Below, piece after piece: positions 13,010-26,502 of a DNA stretch of 64,000 bases (positions are counted from its first letter, which is position 1; each line of letters opens with the position of its first letter). The notes beneath the pieces were generated by a model that was not told the DNA's origin, did no database searches, and saw only the letters and a list, made by a program, of their open reading frames with translations. The translations under genes were made by a program, and so were the position numbers. This DNA comes from Camelus ferus (taxonomy: Eukaryota): NCBI RefSeq assembly GCF_009834535.1, contig NC_045707.1, positions 45,696,001 through 45,760,000 of the forward strand, given 5' to 3'.

Positions 13010-14050
13010 AAAATCTTACCTATTTTTAAGTGTACAGTTCAGTGACATAAGTACATTCACATTGTTGTGCAACTGTCAAAATCCATCTCCAGAACTTTTT
13101 CATTTTGCAAAACTAAAACTCGGTACCCCTAAACAACAATTCCCATTTCCCCTCTTTCCCAGCCTCTGGCAACTGCCATTCAGCTCTCAATCACCATGAA
13201 CTGACTACGCTAGGTACCTAATATAAGTGGACTCATGCAGTATTTATCCTTTTATAACTGGCTAATTTCACTTAGCATAATGTCCTCAAAGTCCATCTTT
13301 GTTGTTTCATGGTCAGAATTTCCTTCCTTCTTAAGCTGAATACTATTCCACTGTATATATGTATACATATATATACACACACTATATTTTATTACTCTAT
13401 TTACCTACTTGTAGATGCTTGAATTGCTTCCAAAATTTTGCTACTGTGAATAATACTACTATGAACATGGGTGTGCAAATAACTCAAGATCCTGCTTTCA
13501 GTTATTTCAGATATACTCCCAGAAGTGGAATTTCTGGGTCATATGGTAATTCTATTTTTTTTTTTTTTTGAGGAACCACCCTACTGTTTTCCACAGCAGC
13601 TGTATGTACCATGTTACATTGCTACCACCAGTACGCAAACATTCTTATTTCTCTATATCCTTGCCAACACTTTTTATTTTCTGTTTTTCTTAAATAGTAG
13701 CCATCCTAATGAGTGTGAAGTAGTGTATTTAACTTTTTAAAAAATCAACTTTATTGAAGTATGATTTACTTACAGTAAAATGCATCCATTTTAAGTGTAT
13801 ACCTGACGAGTTTTGACAAATGTATACACCTGTATAACCACCACAATTGAGATATTGATAATTTCTATCACAGCAAAAGTTTCCCATGTCCCTTCCCAGT
13901 CAGTGCTCCCTGTTCCTGGCCACAGACAGCCACTGCTTTCTGTCAGTATTAATTAGATTTGTATTTCTAGTGTTTCATATAGTTAGAATCATTCACATAA
14001 GAAGAATCAGTATGCATTCTTCTCTGTCTAGCTACTTTTGCTCAGCTTAT
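13010..14050 (-). mobile_element. Old L1 (L1M-type) 3'-end fragments, at least two
   Basis: Antisense L1 3'UTR/ORF2-end motifs (ttttaagtgtacagttcagtg…, gtggaatttctgggtcatatggtaattctat). Confidence 0.75.
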
Positions 14051-14616
14051 ATATTTTATAAGTATATATATATATACATATATATATACACCACCTTTCG
14101 TTAAGTTTTAAGGCCATTAAAATCTATATATTCTATCAATAAACTCCACTAAAATAATAATTGTCTACTTTTTCCTTGATTAATGTTTGATTAACTCAAA
14201 TTGAACTGATTAAACTTCCTTTAACAGACTCTTATATAACAATGAATAACAATCCCTTATATATTTCAAAGTGCATTTATATTTTTAGTATATTTTTCTC
14301 CACCTTAAGTAACTCAAATACATATTTATAGTCTAACAAGGAAAACATTCTCAAGTTATTAACTTTTATAAAGCAAATAAATTTGGAGAGAATCTCAAGT
14401 TCTCTTAAATATTCCAATTATATTTTTGAACTTAGTCAAATTATCTTAAGCTTTTAAACTTCATAATCATAAGTGTAAAATCAGTTGACTCAATTTAAAT
14501 TGAAAGCCCAAGGGTAATCACCCAGATTCTCCAATTTAGCAGAATAGCTTTAATACTTCAAACAGAACAAATAAAGAAGATTATTCCAGATTCAAAATTA
14601 ATTCATACACATTAAA

Positions 14617-14711
14617 ATTTTATTTATTTTTTTAGTCGAGGTACTGGGGATTGAACCTAGGACCATGTGCATGATAAAGCTGTCACTCTACAACTGAGTT
14701 ATACATCCACC
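14617..14711 (-). mobile_element. vic-1-type tRNA-derived SINE
   Basis: Antisense A/B boxes (gaggtactggggattgaaccta…); TSD CATACACATTAAA at 14604-14616 and 14712-14724. Confidence 0.8.
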
Positions 14712-15836
14712 CATACACATTAAAGTTTTAATTTATTTCATCTCCTTATTTAAATTCTAAATTTTTCTGGGGGTTATTTATCCAGCAGATTTTTGAGGCC
14801 AAGACTCGGGACCTAAGACACCATTTTTGGGTGATTTTTATTAACATCTCAGATGGGTTCTCTTAGTCCTTTTTAGAGTAATTATGACAAGGGAACTCAA
14901 GTCTATGCCCTTCAGATAGGGTTGATTTTTTCCCACGGTCAACTTTGCCTGATTTCTGTAGAGCAAATTCCTCAAAACCTTGCCACCCACTTCCCTAATC
15001 TCTTGATGGGTCACTGAATTCTGTCCCCACTTCACATCCTTCCTGAGTTCAGAACATCTCTCATATCTTCATCTGGCTCTGTCATAACACACTCAAATTA
15101 TGCAAATGACACCTGGATAATGATTTCAGTATACAGTTATGCATATGTTTTATTTGTAAATACATATGTAAATGTTTATATAATTATGTATACTTAATGG
15201 ATATATATAACACTGAAATGTTAACAATATTTCTACTCACATGAGCTCATCCAAACCTAAGTAACTACTCTCTATACTCAATTTATTGTGATGAGATCAC
15301 ACATACTACCCACTATAACTACTTTCAAATCTAATGTCCTCATTGTGTACTTCTTTGAAACTTTCTTCTGCTAAATAGAAACTCAACATTACAATGTTAA
15401 ATTTTCTATTTATGCTCTGGCAACACTCTGGGCTTATAAATAATGTGTTGTATCATAGCGTTTACATGTCTAGCTCTTCCCCTAACTGTGAGCTCCTTGA
15501 GCGTAGGGAACATAGCCTTTTCTTCCCTCATTTTCTGTTGTGGTAAAACATACATAGCATAAAATTCACCCTTTTAATAATTCTTAAGTGTATAATTCAG
15601 TGGCAATAAGTACATTCACAAGGGAACATGACTTTCATATATACATATATCTTTAGTCCTAGTTTCTGGCATAGTACCTGGCCCATTAATGGCACCAGGA
15701 AAACACTTATTGGACAACCTGAATGAATGAATGAATGAATAGATGACAAAATGAATGAACTGATGTTTGATACTCATATAGTAAGTTGTCTCATACATAT
15801 TTTTAATACACATATGTAAAATTTTCTGTTTTGAAG

Positions 15837-15996
15837 ACTTCAGTTTTAACAGACTGAGTGGATACAGCTATATTTGATCCAGAAATGGACATAAGCCCTA
15901 TGTCTGACCCTGTGGCTGTTATCAAATTAAGAGGACTGCAGAGAAAGTTCAAGCACATCCTACTTCACTGGCTGGATCACTACAGATCTGTGCTGG
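15837..15996 (+). pseudogene. C3orf20-like exon D with in-frame stop: TSVLTD*VDTAIFDPEMDISPMSDPVAVIKLRGLQRKFKHILLHWLDHYRSVL(G)
   Basis: Acceptor ttttctgttttgaag, donor G|gtcagt (phase 1). TGA at 15855-15857. The alternative acceptors at 15843 and 15852 also give stops. Confidence 0.72.
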
Positions 15997-16487
15997 GTCA
16001 GTTATATAATCCACTGTGTCGCTCCACACAACCTGTTCCCATCATTCAGACTTCCAGCAGACCAACATTTAAATGCCTCTTCCTTCCAAGGTTCCCCCAG
16101 TGATGCGTTTGTAAATGGGAAATGCTGTACATATAAAGTCTTAACCTAGGTCCAGGTGATAGGCCATAGCAAGAAAATCAAAGGAGCCAACCTTAATTTT
16201 ATTTCCTTTCTCTTTTTGGAGAAGAACCTATTGGCTACTTATGTGTTTTCATAAGGGGAGGTACTTTCAGATTCATTTTTTTGGATCAGAAAATACTCTT
16301 ACTCCACAACCTCCACTGCTCAATCTCCCCAACAAAACCTCAGCCCTTGCTAATGTCTTTTGTTCATTTGCTGTGTTGAGAAAGGGTCTATGTCCTCACG
16401 TTGGGATATGCCGCTGTAATGGCAGCTCATAGTTGGTGTTTGATTGCAGCCCCCTCACAGTTTCAGCCCCTGACTGGGAATATAATG

Positions 16488-17093
16488 CAGCTGATTCTCA
16501 TTATCCATGGTAGGTTCTGTGGAATCTCCGCCAATACTGAATAACTGACACCAAACCACCACTCTCAGAGAGATAGAGACAACATTTTCATCAACTGATC
16601 AATACATAACCTTATTTATTTCTGTCAAAAGACACCTTATCTAATACATATTGTCAATATATTAATTGAACCCATGGCCAACAGCACTATAAATCATGCC
16701 TGAACTAAGTATATTCAGTACAAATGTTTTTTCATTAAGACACAGAGCAACCTTCTTGCATTTTGAAACACTAGACAGCAGTTCAGTACTAAGCTTGCAA
16801 GCCATTTTAAATGGTAAAATCACCACCAAAAAGCACAAAAATGCATAAAACATGGCGCAGAATAGACCATGTAAAGGATACCTTATTACAGTATGAGCGG
16901 GGAAACAAGAAGGCAGAGCATCACCTCATTCAACCTCAACTGGGAACATGCACAACGCAATTAAAATTTTTCACCACTCTCCATGTCACTGTGACCACGA
17001 AAGTGACACAAATATTGATTTGGGATTACAAATACATTTTAGTGAGTAGGCAAATTCACAAATACAGAATCTATTAATAATGAGCATCAAATG
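16488..17093. mobile_element. Tigger-type (Tc1/mariner) non-autonomous DNA transposon remnant
   Basis: Degenerate terminal inverted repeats cagctgattctcattat… and …ataatgagcatcaaatg(ta), with Tigger-like internal sequence. Confidence 0.65.
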
Positions 17094-17857
17094 TATTCTA
17101 AATTCAAAAGGCAAGCTTCTCCATTTGAGGAGGTCATTTGCTTCCTATGATGATATAGAGCAGAACTTCCCAAAGGATGTGCTACCAGTGTATACACAGG
17201 AACTGAAAATGGAAATCCTTAGTCCCCAGAGCAGCCTTGTTGGGCTGGGGTGATTGAGCCCCTGGCATAGTTAATTCTATCTGCAAGCAGCTTAGAGAAT
17301 TTACCACAATATGCCATACAAATACATCATATTTTCTTTTTTTTTTTGAAGATAATATTTCTATGATAAGAATCTATATATAGGGCTTTATAATATACAA
17401 TTTTCTGTTTGATGAGGAAAGGCTGAAAAGCACTGGTCTAAAAACATGTTGTAAAAGAACAATCTTCAGAATTAATCTGCCCAAATCCTAGTTCAGCCTC
17501 TTTCTAGCTGGGTGAACTTGGAGTTATCTGTGATGTCATGAAAATAAGAGTACTCACCTCATGATGGTACTTAGTTCAATGGAATAATGTATTAAAGTAC
17601 TTAGCACATTACCTAGTACAAGGTAAGCACAGACAAACTCCTATGGATTAGGTCTGTTGATAGCCTAGGGATTTTTTTTTATTATATAGATGCTATGTAT
17701 CCTCTGAGCAAATCAACTAGTGCATTTAAAATAAAAGAACCAACACAAAGACACTTTTGTAAATGGGTGAAATTCTTTCACCCAATCGAATACATACAGT
17801 TCCACCTACAGTGACGTAGGTCCACTAATAATGAAGTATATTCTGTTTGCATTTCAG

Positions 17858-18080
17858 GAATAGAAACCCTGCATATTTGCAAAATGCCCAAGTTTCCACA
17901 AAACGTGGTCAGAAAACAAAAAATCTCATCAAAATTTCCTCTGAAACAAAGTACAAAGGAACAAGATGAGAAAAAGGAATATCTCCGATACCAAAAACCT
18001 TCCTAAAACTAAAGGGTGTCTTTAAAGCCTTTGCCTCTCTGTCAAATCCAGAAGACCCCAGCCAGCAATCAGTCCGTCAG
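17858..18080 (+). pseudogene. C3orf20-like exon E with internal stops: (G)IETLHICKMPKFPQ…YLRYQKPS*N*RVSLKPLPLCQIQKTPASNQSV(R)
   Basis: Acceptor tttgcatttcag, donor AG|gtaacc. Phases 1 and 2 match exons D and F. TAA at 18004 and 18010. Confidence 0.68.
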
Positions 18081-21010
18081 GTAACCAGACTCATTTGTCT
18101 TAATACATAGTTCAGCTTAAGTTTGAAAGAGCTTTAGATGGACATCTCATTCAGTCCACCTACAAATGCTGAGCAAGGCCTGCTGTTAAGTTGCTTCACA
18201 CAAGTGTTCTCTAAGCAGGCTGAGTTAAGGTGTTGCCACTTACATGCTATCAGTGAAAAATATTCCTTAAAACTGGGACAAACATATGCCTAGATTCAAG
18301 CATTTCTGCTCTCTCCAACTTGCTTCCTAAGAGGCTGCCCTGTTAGCAGAAGGAATTGGAACCAATCAGGAATCAAGACTCAGTTTGTCTTCACCTCTTC
18401 AGTGAACACATGTTTAAAACCATTAACCCTATGCCAAAAATTCCTGACTCTGTTGTTCGGTGATGGTAAATGAGGGCCAGGAGCAAATCCCCTGAAAGAA
18501 ATATATCCTTGTTTTTCTTATCAGTGTAAAAAGCCAAGTTCTCTATGCATTTATATTTCTGGGACCAGCTGCAAACAGGGAAGCTTCCTACCTCAGGCTG
18601 AGAAGGTCCTGGTGTCATCTCTGTCCAGGTCTAGATGGCAAGGCGGAGGGCGAGGTGGTAGTAGAGTGGCTTGGTCTCTACACTGGAGTCTACACTGGGT
18701 GGTAGCATTCAGAAGCCATAGGAGATGCCTTGCCCCTTCCCACTGCACGTCATGCAGATCAGTTGACCAGGCATCTGTCACAACCCCCGGGACCTGAGAA
18801 TCCCTAGAGCTCTCAATCCTAATATTGCTTCAGTAACACTGGTGAAGACAATGAATTTTAAGAAAAGTGGTAAATGCCGTGAGGGAACCATTTCATGTGT
18901 TTGAAGCATTGTCAGCAGACTTTACTGATGTTGCTAACCAAGCAGTGCTGCCAGACACCTGGCCGTGGAATGAATTCAGTCAACCAATAGCCTTCATCTG
19001 CCAACACAGGCGTGCAGGCCCAGCCAGCAGAACACAGACTCAGTCCCTGCCCTCCAACGGCTTCAAATCTACAAAGAGAGATTCAGAATGCATACTGTTA
19101 GTTAATGGAAAATAAGGAAGAAAGTGCTATTGGAGCAGAATAGATAGAATGCTGGAGAAGTTTTGAGGAGGGAGACTTTTTTTAAAGGATTTTTTTAGTG
19201 AGCCTTTGGGTAGGGTCTTGAGTGATGAGGAAAATTTGGATATGCAGGCAGGCAGGAATGGGTGGTTCAGGTGGAGAGATGAGTAATAAGAACAGTGATG
19301 ATACTAATAATGTCTGGGGTGAGCACTTACTATACACTAGGCAGCATGCCAAACACAATTCTTACAAGATTTCATTTAACATCCATGACACACTTAAGGG
19401 GTAACCATAGTTAATTCCCCTGTGCCCTCCCCACACCCAAAGACACAGCTAGTAAGCAGCAGAGCAGGGATTTGAATTTGCCAGAGTTTGTTTCTGTTGC
19501 TTGCAACTAAAAACCTTAACCTTAATAGATAATGGATTATGACATATTTATATAACATGCATGAGAATGACATACACAGAATCAGGGTAAAAAGGTGAGT
19601 GAAATCAGGCAGGAGTCCATGGGGCTCTCAGTTGTATCTGAAATCATAAAAATATATATATATATATATAAAACAAATGTAGTAAAATATTAAGACTTGA
19701 TAAAGCTGGGTAGGGTATACAAGGGTGTCTGCTTTATTATTTTTTATAGTTTTTGAATATGTGAAATATCCTGCTACATGAGCATGCTAACACACATATA
19801 TATAAACTTTTACTATAATGAATATGGAATTGATCAGATTCTGAACATTTCAGAGCAACAATATTCAATTGAAACTATTTGCTTCTCTTTCTATAAAAGA
19901 AGATCCATTTCTAAGATGGTATGTATCTAAATTCACTAATAAACATTAAGTTGAGAAAAGGGGGAAAAAGACATTGCAAAGAGGTCTGGTGGAGCAATAA
20001 GGCAAGTAAAATTAAGTAAGATATTCTGCATTATATTTGCATGACAAGTAAATATATAATCATTTTGTAGAAATATGTTTCTACTGAGGGGAGCCATTAA
20101 GAAATTTCAAAAAGCATGACTTCAACAAACATAACTCGGTATTTATCACATTTACTAAGTTCCTCAGGTTCAGGGCAAAGAAAATGAAGCCAATGTTGAA
20201 TATTTTGATGATAATAAAAAATACTCTTCTAGCTACCCATGAATGCCAATTTTAGGCAACTTAAAATTTTTTTTAACAAATTTCAGCTACTCTTAAAAGT
20301 TCTTTAAGTGTGATTAAAATTCATGAAACTTGATCTTACAAGCCTCACAACTTCCCTAGATGTTATGTGGAAATGTGAACTTTCCCCTACATTACAGATG
20401 TTAATACTGGGGCACAAAGAAGCCAGAAAATTTATCGTCACATTGAGAGTAAGTGACAGATCCAAATTTGGCATTCTGATTTCCATTCTGGCTATTCGGT
20501 TACATGTCTTATTCCCTCTATTAACAGACATAACTCAGCTCAGAAGTGAGTTATCAGTATTTCACCTCGAGGAGTCAGTGGGACCACAGTACTACAATGG
20601 AAAGAAATACACTTGGGTTCAAATTCCAGCTCTGTCATTTACTACTTGTGTGTTTTTGGTCAGATTACTGAATTTCTCAATCCTCAGTTTTCCCATTTGT
20701 AAACTGCAATTAACACTCTAGTATTATTCTTACTGATCAATTATTTGCCACCATTTGGATTGATTAGTCCTCTGAATACATAACTTGGTTTGTCTCAGAG
20801 CCATAGATGCCTATATACCTGAAAAGATTTACATTTAACTCTTTTAGTGTATTGACAAGTATGTTAGCATATTAGCAGATAAAATTCTGTCCAGAATTAA
20901 ATTTGGGTGCTTTTCTAAAGTAGCCACTTTGGTTCTTTGGTACTTTTAAAAATAATGTTCTTTCTCTCCTTTCAGTTCTTTAAACATGATTTCCACAATT
21001 ATGTTTCTAG

Positions 21011-21304
21011 GCTTCCTCTCCCCATTGAGAGCAAGGACGCTTGGTTTGCCTCCCAGCTGGCTTGCCCTGTGGTCCTAAGGAAGACATTGTGTGGGAAGAA
21101 AGGGGACACATGCCAGTGTAGCACATACAGCATCCCTGAAGTGACAGACCTGGAGTATGTCACCTAATAAGCAACCAGCTGTCCTCCGTGGATCAGATCA
21201 TTATAGTCTATGTGTTTTCAGCTAAGGAAAACGACAAGACTGGGAAAGAAGTGACCAAAGTGTATAGGGAACTGAGTAGGTTTAGAAACATGCCTTGCAT
21301 TCAG
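21011..21304 (+). pseudogene. C3orf20-like exon F with 1-nt frameshift: (R)LPLPIESKDAWFASQLACPVVLRKTLCGKKGDTCQCSTYSIPEVTDLEY/HLISNQLSSVDQIIIVYVF…RFRNMPCIQ
   Basis: Acceptor tgtttctag, donor CAG|gtgagt. ORF-track pieces 20937-21167 and 21188-21439 join by adding one base at 21159-21160 (G-T to GAT). Confidence 0.85.
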
Positions 21305-24300
21305 GTGAGTGTCATGTGTATAGAGGCAAATTATGGAATAATGTTTACTTACACATTATATCTTAATACATTTTCTCAACCACACAAAGAATCATGGAAG
21401 GAATTTTCCCTCCCCACACTTTTTAAAATTGAGGTATGACCTTCCTATAATAAAGGTCACAAATCTTAAGGTTATATAGCTTAATGAACTTTTACATACC
21501 CATACACCTATAAAATTACCACCCAGATCGAGAAAAAGAATATTTCCAGACCTGAAAAATCTTCCTTTTGCCCCTTCTGAGTCAATACTCCACCCACCTA
21601 CCCATTCCAGGGAACCACTATTCTGACTTCTATCCTCATAAATTAGTTTTGTCTGTTCTGGATCTTCATATACATGAAATCATACAGTGGGCACATTTCA
21701 GAACACAGTACATTTTTATGTTTCCTCTGCAAGAAAATAAGAAAAGTAAGTATCAGTCATTCCAACATCCTCCCATTCTGCATCCATTGCAGACGTTACT
21801 AATGCATTATTTTCAACCGAGCAAGACTGGGTCCCAAACTCTTACCTCTGATCGCACTTCAAATAGCCACTACAAGTTGATCTGAGCAGGTACTAATGAA
21901 ACCTTGTCTACATGATATACTTTACCCTCAACACATTTAAAAAGTCTCTAACTCTTACCAGTTCTCTTACTATAACAGTTTTTCCTATTTGTCCCTTCAT
22001 TTCAATCCCAAAGTTTCAGCTTACTTCAGGCCTTCATCACTTTCCACTTGATTTTCTCCGATGGACTCTCTGACTAAACATCTTGCTTCTGGTCTTGACC
22101 CCTCTGATAATTCCAACACATTGCAGGGTGTTCTTTTAAAAATCCAAACATGACTGTATCATGCTCCTGCTTAAAACCCTCTAAAAACTTCTTCTAAGGT
22201 CCAGTCCAAGTTCCTTAGTGTGACGTTGAGGGTCACTGTCACTGAGGCTCTTCCCACCCTGCCTGGTCAGTTCCCTATCTCAACCCCAGTGATAGCCCCA
22301 CGGGATACTTTAACAAACTCTTGCAGAACCCAGGTCTTGTTCCTCATCAGGCAAAAGCACGTGAAAGCTGAGGGCTTGGGCCACATCATCCCTTGTGGAA
22401 CTATTCTCAGTGGATTGCCTTTTAGGAGGATGCCCTGAATATACTCTGAGCTTCTTTAGAGCGATGTTACATTATTTGCTATGGGCCTCGTGTCCTCTGT
22501 ATGAAGCCCAGTGTGAAAATTGTCTCTTTGAATGAGAAGCTAGAAAGCTTTACTTCCTGTGAGGATCTGATATGTTTCTTCTTCCCTGGTAATGAGATTT
22601 TTGGTGCCCAACTGGGTTTCTCTTTTCACTTTGCCTTACAGTACAGAGTAAAGTTTTTGACTTTGGTCAATTATAACAATAGGTTAAGAACTTATGGATT
22701 ATTTATCTGAAATCTATTTCTTCTTTTTGGATGTAGAGCTTCTGTTTATACTGAAATCTTCTCAATGTAATTTTTATAATTTATGATTTTCTTTTACACT
22801 ATACTTATTTCCTATAAACCACCTCAGATCTTTTGCTAAGAAGGCAGAATATAAACAAACAAATTTAAAATGTAAATTTGGCTAATAAAATATTATTTTG
22901 TCCAGTAGAATTGATATCAACCTTGCATGGAGGTGACATGTCCATCTGTAACTTTGAATGGTGAAGAAAGAGAATCTGGGCATTAACTGGCTGGGTACCC
23001 TATGCTTCCAAAAAGCAGATTCTGTTTTAGCTCATGAGAAGGAAAAGAGTGATCCCATATCAGTGACCCTAAAGAAAATACAAATAAGAATGGAGATGGT
23101 TATAAAACAAAGAAAACTCACCCAAGAATCCCAGTCTCTTCCAAAAGGGTTGCCTGGCCTTCTTTCTCTTTTATGGTACCTAACTGGGGCACCCTGAGGC
23201 CTCTTGCATGCTGCTGAAATTGTTGAGCTGTACGTAGAAGCTGAATAGCAGTGGGAATTCACTGGATGCTCTGGTGCATCCAGGGTGTAGACAAAGCTCC
23301 CCAAAGGGTGGTCTGAGCCACAGAGGGTGTGTGATGGGTTTGGGGGGCACAGGTTCTAGGAGAATCAGCCCCACCCTCCTAGCCTGCCCTGAAGCTAGAG
23401 TCCTCTGCCTACAGGCTGAAAGCTTCCTGATGTCAGGATCACGTCTTTCACATTATAGCCCCCATGCCTGTCACTGGAACTAGCACATGGTAGCACTTAA
23501 AACATCTTTGTCAAATGAATCAATGAACCAATGAATGAGTGAATGATTCTTCAGCCTGAGGGCCAGATATGGGGGTGTAAGGTCACTGCTAATTCTTTCT
23601 TGGTCTCATGGGAGGTGCTTCTTGGACCATTTACTTGTGAACTGAGTTAGGTCTCCCCTGAAGAGACAGACAAGCCCAGTGGATGAGAGAGCAAGACTAG
23701 TCAGGAGTTCAGCTCCTCACTGGATCAACAACAATGTGCATCAAACCCGAAAGCTCTGATAGTCTCTGTGTAGACAGTGCTCGACCATCTTCCCAAGGCC
23801 TGGCAACTAATAAGCAGTAAATGTTTGCTGAACTGATCAGAAATGGCAAAGTCAGAATATTATCAAGAGAGCAAATATTTATTGTGTGCTTACTGTGTTG
23901 CAACCACTGTTTATCTATAGTATCACTTAATTCTCAAAAGAACTCTAAATGACTGGCTCTGTGCATAAGCATCTGTTGAGCATAGGTCAGCAGCAGAGAC
24001 ACAGGACATTAGTCATTTGTCCAAGGTTGCTCAGTTAGGAAGTGTTGGAGCTGAGGTTCAGACCAAGCAGTCTTACTCTAGGACCTGCACTTATTAAGCA
24101 CCACACCAGGCCACATAGTGGCGTGGAGTAAGAAAACCAGCAGCTAAGGGAAGCAAGAGTGGAACTGAGTGAGGTGAATGGATGGGAGCAATGGTTCCTA
24201 TTTAGCACTTCAAGAATATGTGTTTGGACATGTAGGGGCAGGAGGTGTGGAAGGGGCTTTGTATGTATGCTCAGCAGGAATTTCAGAGGCTGTTGGAGCT

Positions 24301-24957
24301 GATGAAAGAAGCCATGCCTGGCTGAACCCTTTTAACAATGAGGAAATAAGTCCAAACTACTAGTAATATCCGCTTGGAAATAATCAGTCCAAGAAGGATT
24401 TTTGACAGCACAGTTCTGTATAGTCATTAATTCAAATAACATTTACTGAGCTCCTACAAATGCTGGAGCATGTGATAGGAACTGGAGATAGAAAAATGAA
24501 TTAGACTCTGGGCTTATCCACAAGGAAAAGACAATCCAGAGAACAGACAATCACAACATGGTGATTTGAGTTCTGGGTCAGAAGTATGAACAGAACATTC
24601 AAGCAAAAAGTGTCTTATAGGATCAGTAAGAATTAACTGGGTAGAGAACAATTCCCACAAACTGCATTTTGGAAGGCATGTTGGAAAACTGCAATTTTCA
24701 AGGAGAGTTTGAACTCTCCTTGAAAAGTAAAAGGATTCATTAAAGGATTTTAAGCAGAGAAGTAATGTGAAGAGATTTTGTATTTTAGAAGGATCATTTT
24801 GACAGAATGATCCTGAAAATGCCAGCGTGACAGAGAGGCCTGTTACTGCATTTAACCAGGTGATAAATGATCAGGCCATGACGGTAGGAATGGAAAAGGA
24901 TGCTAAGTATGAGTGAGAGTTAGAAGCAAGACTCTATATAAGATTTGATATATTGAG

Positions 24958-25193
24958 GGGAGAGAAATAGCTCAGTGGTAAAGCACATGCTCAGCATACA
25001 CAAGGTCCTAGGTTCAATCACCAGTACCTCCATTAAAATTAATAATAATCGTTAAATTTTTTAAAAAAGATTTGATATGTTGAGGGGAGAGAAATAGCTC
25101 AGTGGTAAAGCACATGTTCAGCATGCACAAGGTCCTGGGTCCAATCCCCAGTACCTCCATTAAAATTAATAATAATAGTTAAATTTTTTTAAA
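24958..25193 (+). mobile_element. Two tandem vic-1-type SINEs (127-bp period) with three copies of the 18-bp target site
   Basis: AAGATTTGATATRTTGAG at 24940-24957, 25067-25084 and 25194-25211; A box TAGCTCAGTGG and a B-box-like GGTTCAATC/GGTCCAATC in each unit. Confidence 0.9.
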
Positions 25194-25312
25194 AAGATTT
25201 GATATGTTGAGTGAAGGAAGAGTTTAATATGTCTCCCAGCTTCTCAGGAGGACAGTTAGGAGACTGGCAGTACCCCTTTTTGAGACAGGGAATTCAGAAG
25301 GAGGAGAAGAAA

Positions 25313-25757
25313 TGTCTGTTGTCTATCACTGCATAACAAACCACCCTGAAATTTACAATCTTAAAACAACCACGTGTTTGCTCATGACCCTGCTCAGGAC
25401 TTAGCAGGGATGGCTTGACTAGGCTTCAGGTAGGACTGGCTGGACAGGCTAAGTACAGCTGAGGATTCAAGAGCAGCCCTGTTTCCATGGCTGACAGGTG
25501 CTGCTGCCATTCTAGAGCTCAGGCATGGCTGTTCCCCGGGGGTCTCTGTCCTCCTCGTGAGGGCTGCTCAGGTTTCCTCACAACATGGCGTCTGTATTTT
25601 GAGAAGGAATGTTCCCAGAGGTGAAAATGGAAGCTGGAGATCTCTTAAGTTACTCAATATGCTGTTGATAAAAGTATGCCATAGGGCCCGCCCAGAGGAA
25701 GGGAGATAGACCCCCATTACTTGATGAGTGGTCTGGCAAAGGAATTATAGCTGTCTT
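25313..25757 (-). mobile_element. MLT1-type (MaLR) solo LTR remnant
   Basis: Typical end tgtctgttgtctatcactgcataacaaaccaccc…cttaaaacaac; recognised pattern. Confidence 0.6.
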
Positions 25758-26385
25758 TATACTAATAATATAAATAATAATACTATTTGAAGAAAAAGAT
25801 GGAAAATTCAGACTGGGAATGTTGAGTTGAGGTACCTGGGTGACATCAAAATGGAGACATCAAGAAGTAGGCAACTCAGTCTACCAGTCTGGCACTCAGA
25901 AGAGAGCACTAGCTTTGGAAGCTATTTGCTGTAGACATAAATGGTAGTTGAAATTATGGGTTACCCAAGGAGCATGTGAAGAGAATGCATGGTGGGAGGC
26001 AAAGCTGGAGATTTCAGTACAGCTGACATTTAGAGGCCAGGTAGAGAAAAGTTGTGTATGACCAAGACTAGGATGGAAGACATAGAGAAATAGGAAGAAA
26101 ACAGAAGAGAATAGGGCCACAGAAACTCAGGAAAGAGTTTGAGAAGAAGGGACAGTTCAATACTTTCAAATGCCATAAAGAAGTCAAGTAATAAAAGAAA
26201 TATGAAAATGTCCACTGCACTTGGCAGTACAGAGGTCTTTGGTGAGCTTATGAAGGCATTTCTAATAGAGTGGTGGAGACAAAGTCTAGACTGTTTGGCT
26301 CAAAGATACAAATACTGCTGAATGGAGCAAAAGATTTGTTACTTGGGATTTCATGTCTTCACAACTTTTTCTTTTTCTTTTCCAG

Positions 26386-26502
26386 AGTCTCTCAGATTCC
26401 TTTTGATTGCTCAAATACAGCATCATCTCTGCATCTAAATTTACTGGCAGTGCATGTCCACTTCTGGTTCAAAGACACAATGTCATCCCAGGAATTTTTT
26501 TG
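26386..26502 (+). pseudogene. C3orf20-like exon G with in-frame stop: SLSDSF*LLKYSIISASKFTGSACPLLVQRHNVIPGIFL
   Basis: Long polypyrimidine acceptor tttttctttttcttttccag, donor TTG|gtatgt; 117 bp. TGA at 26404-26406 sits where the family has Arg (DSYRLLQY), consistent with CGA>TGA. Confidence 0.85.

Larger units (their letters stand above)
24424..26290 (-). mobile_element. L2 remnant interrupted by tandem SINEs and an MLT1-type LTR
   Basis: Antisense L2 3' end (cattaattcaaataacatttactgagc…) and purine-rich L2 body; boundaries approximate. Confidence 0.6.

Noticed and set aside
24940..25211. Three 18-bp direct repeats with regular spacing, resembling a CRISPR array
   Set aside because: The 'spacers' are two copies of the same SINE, and the context is mammalian.
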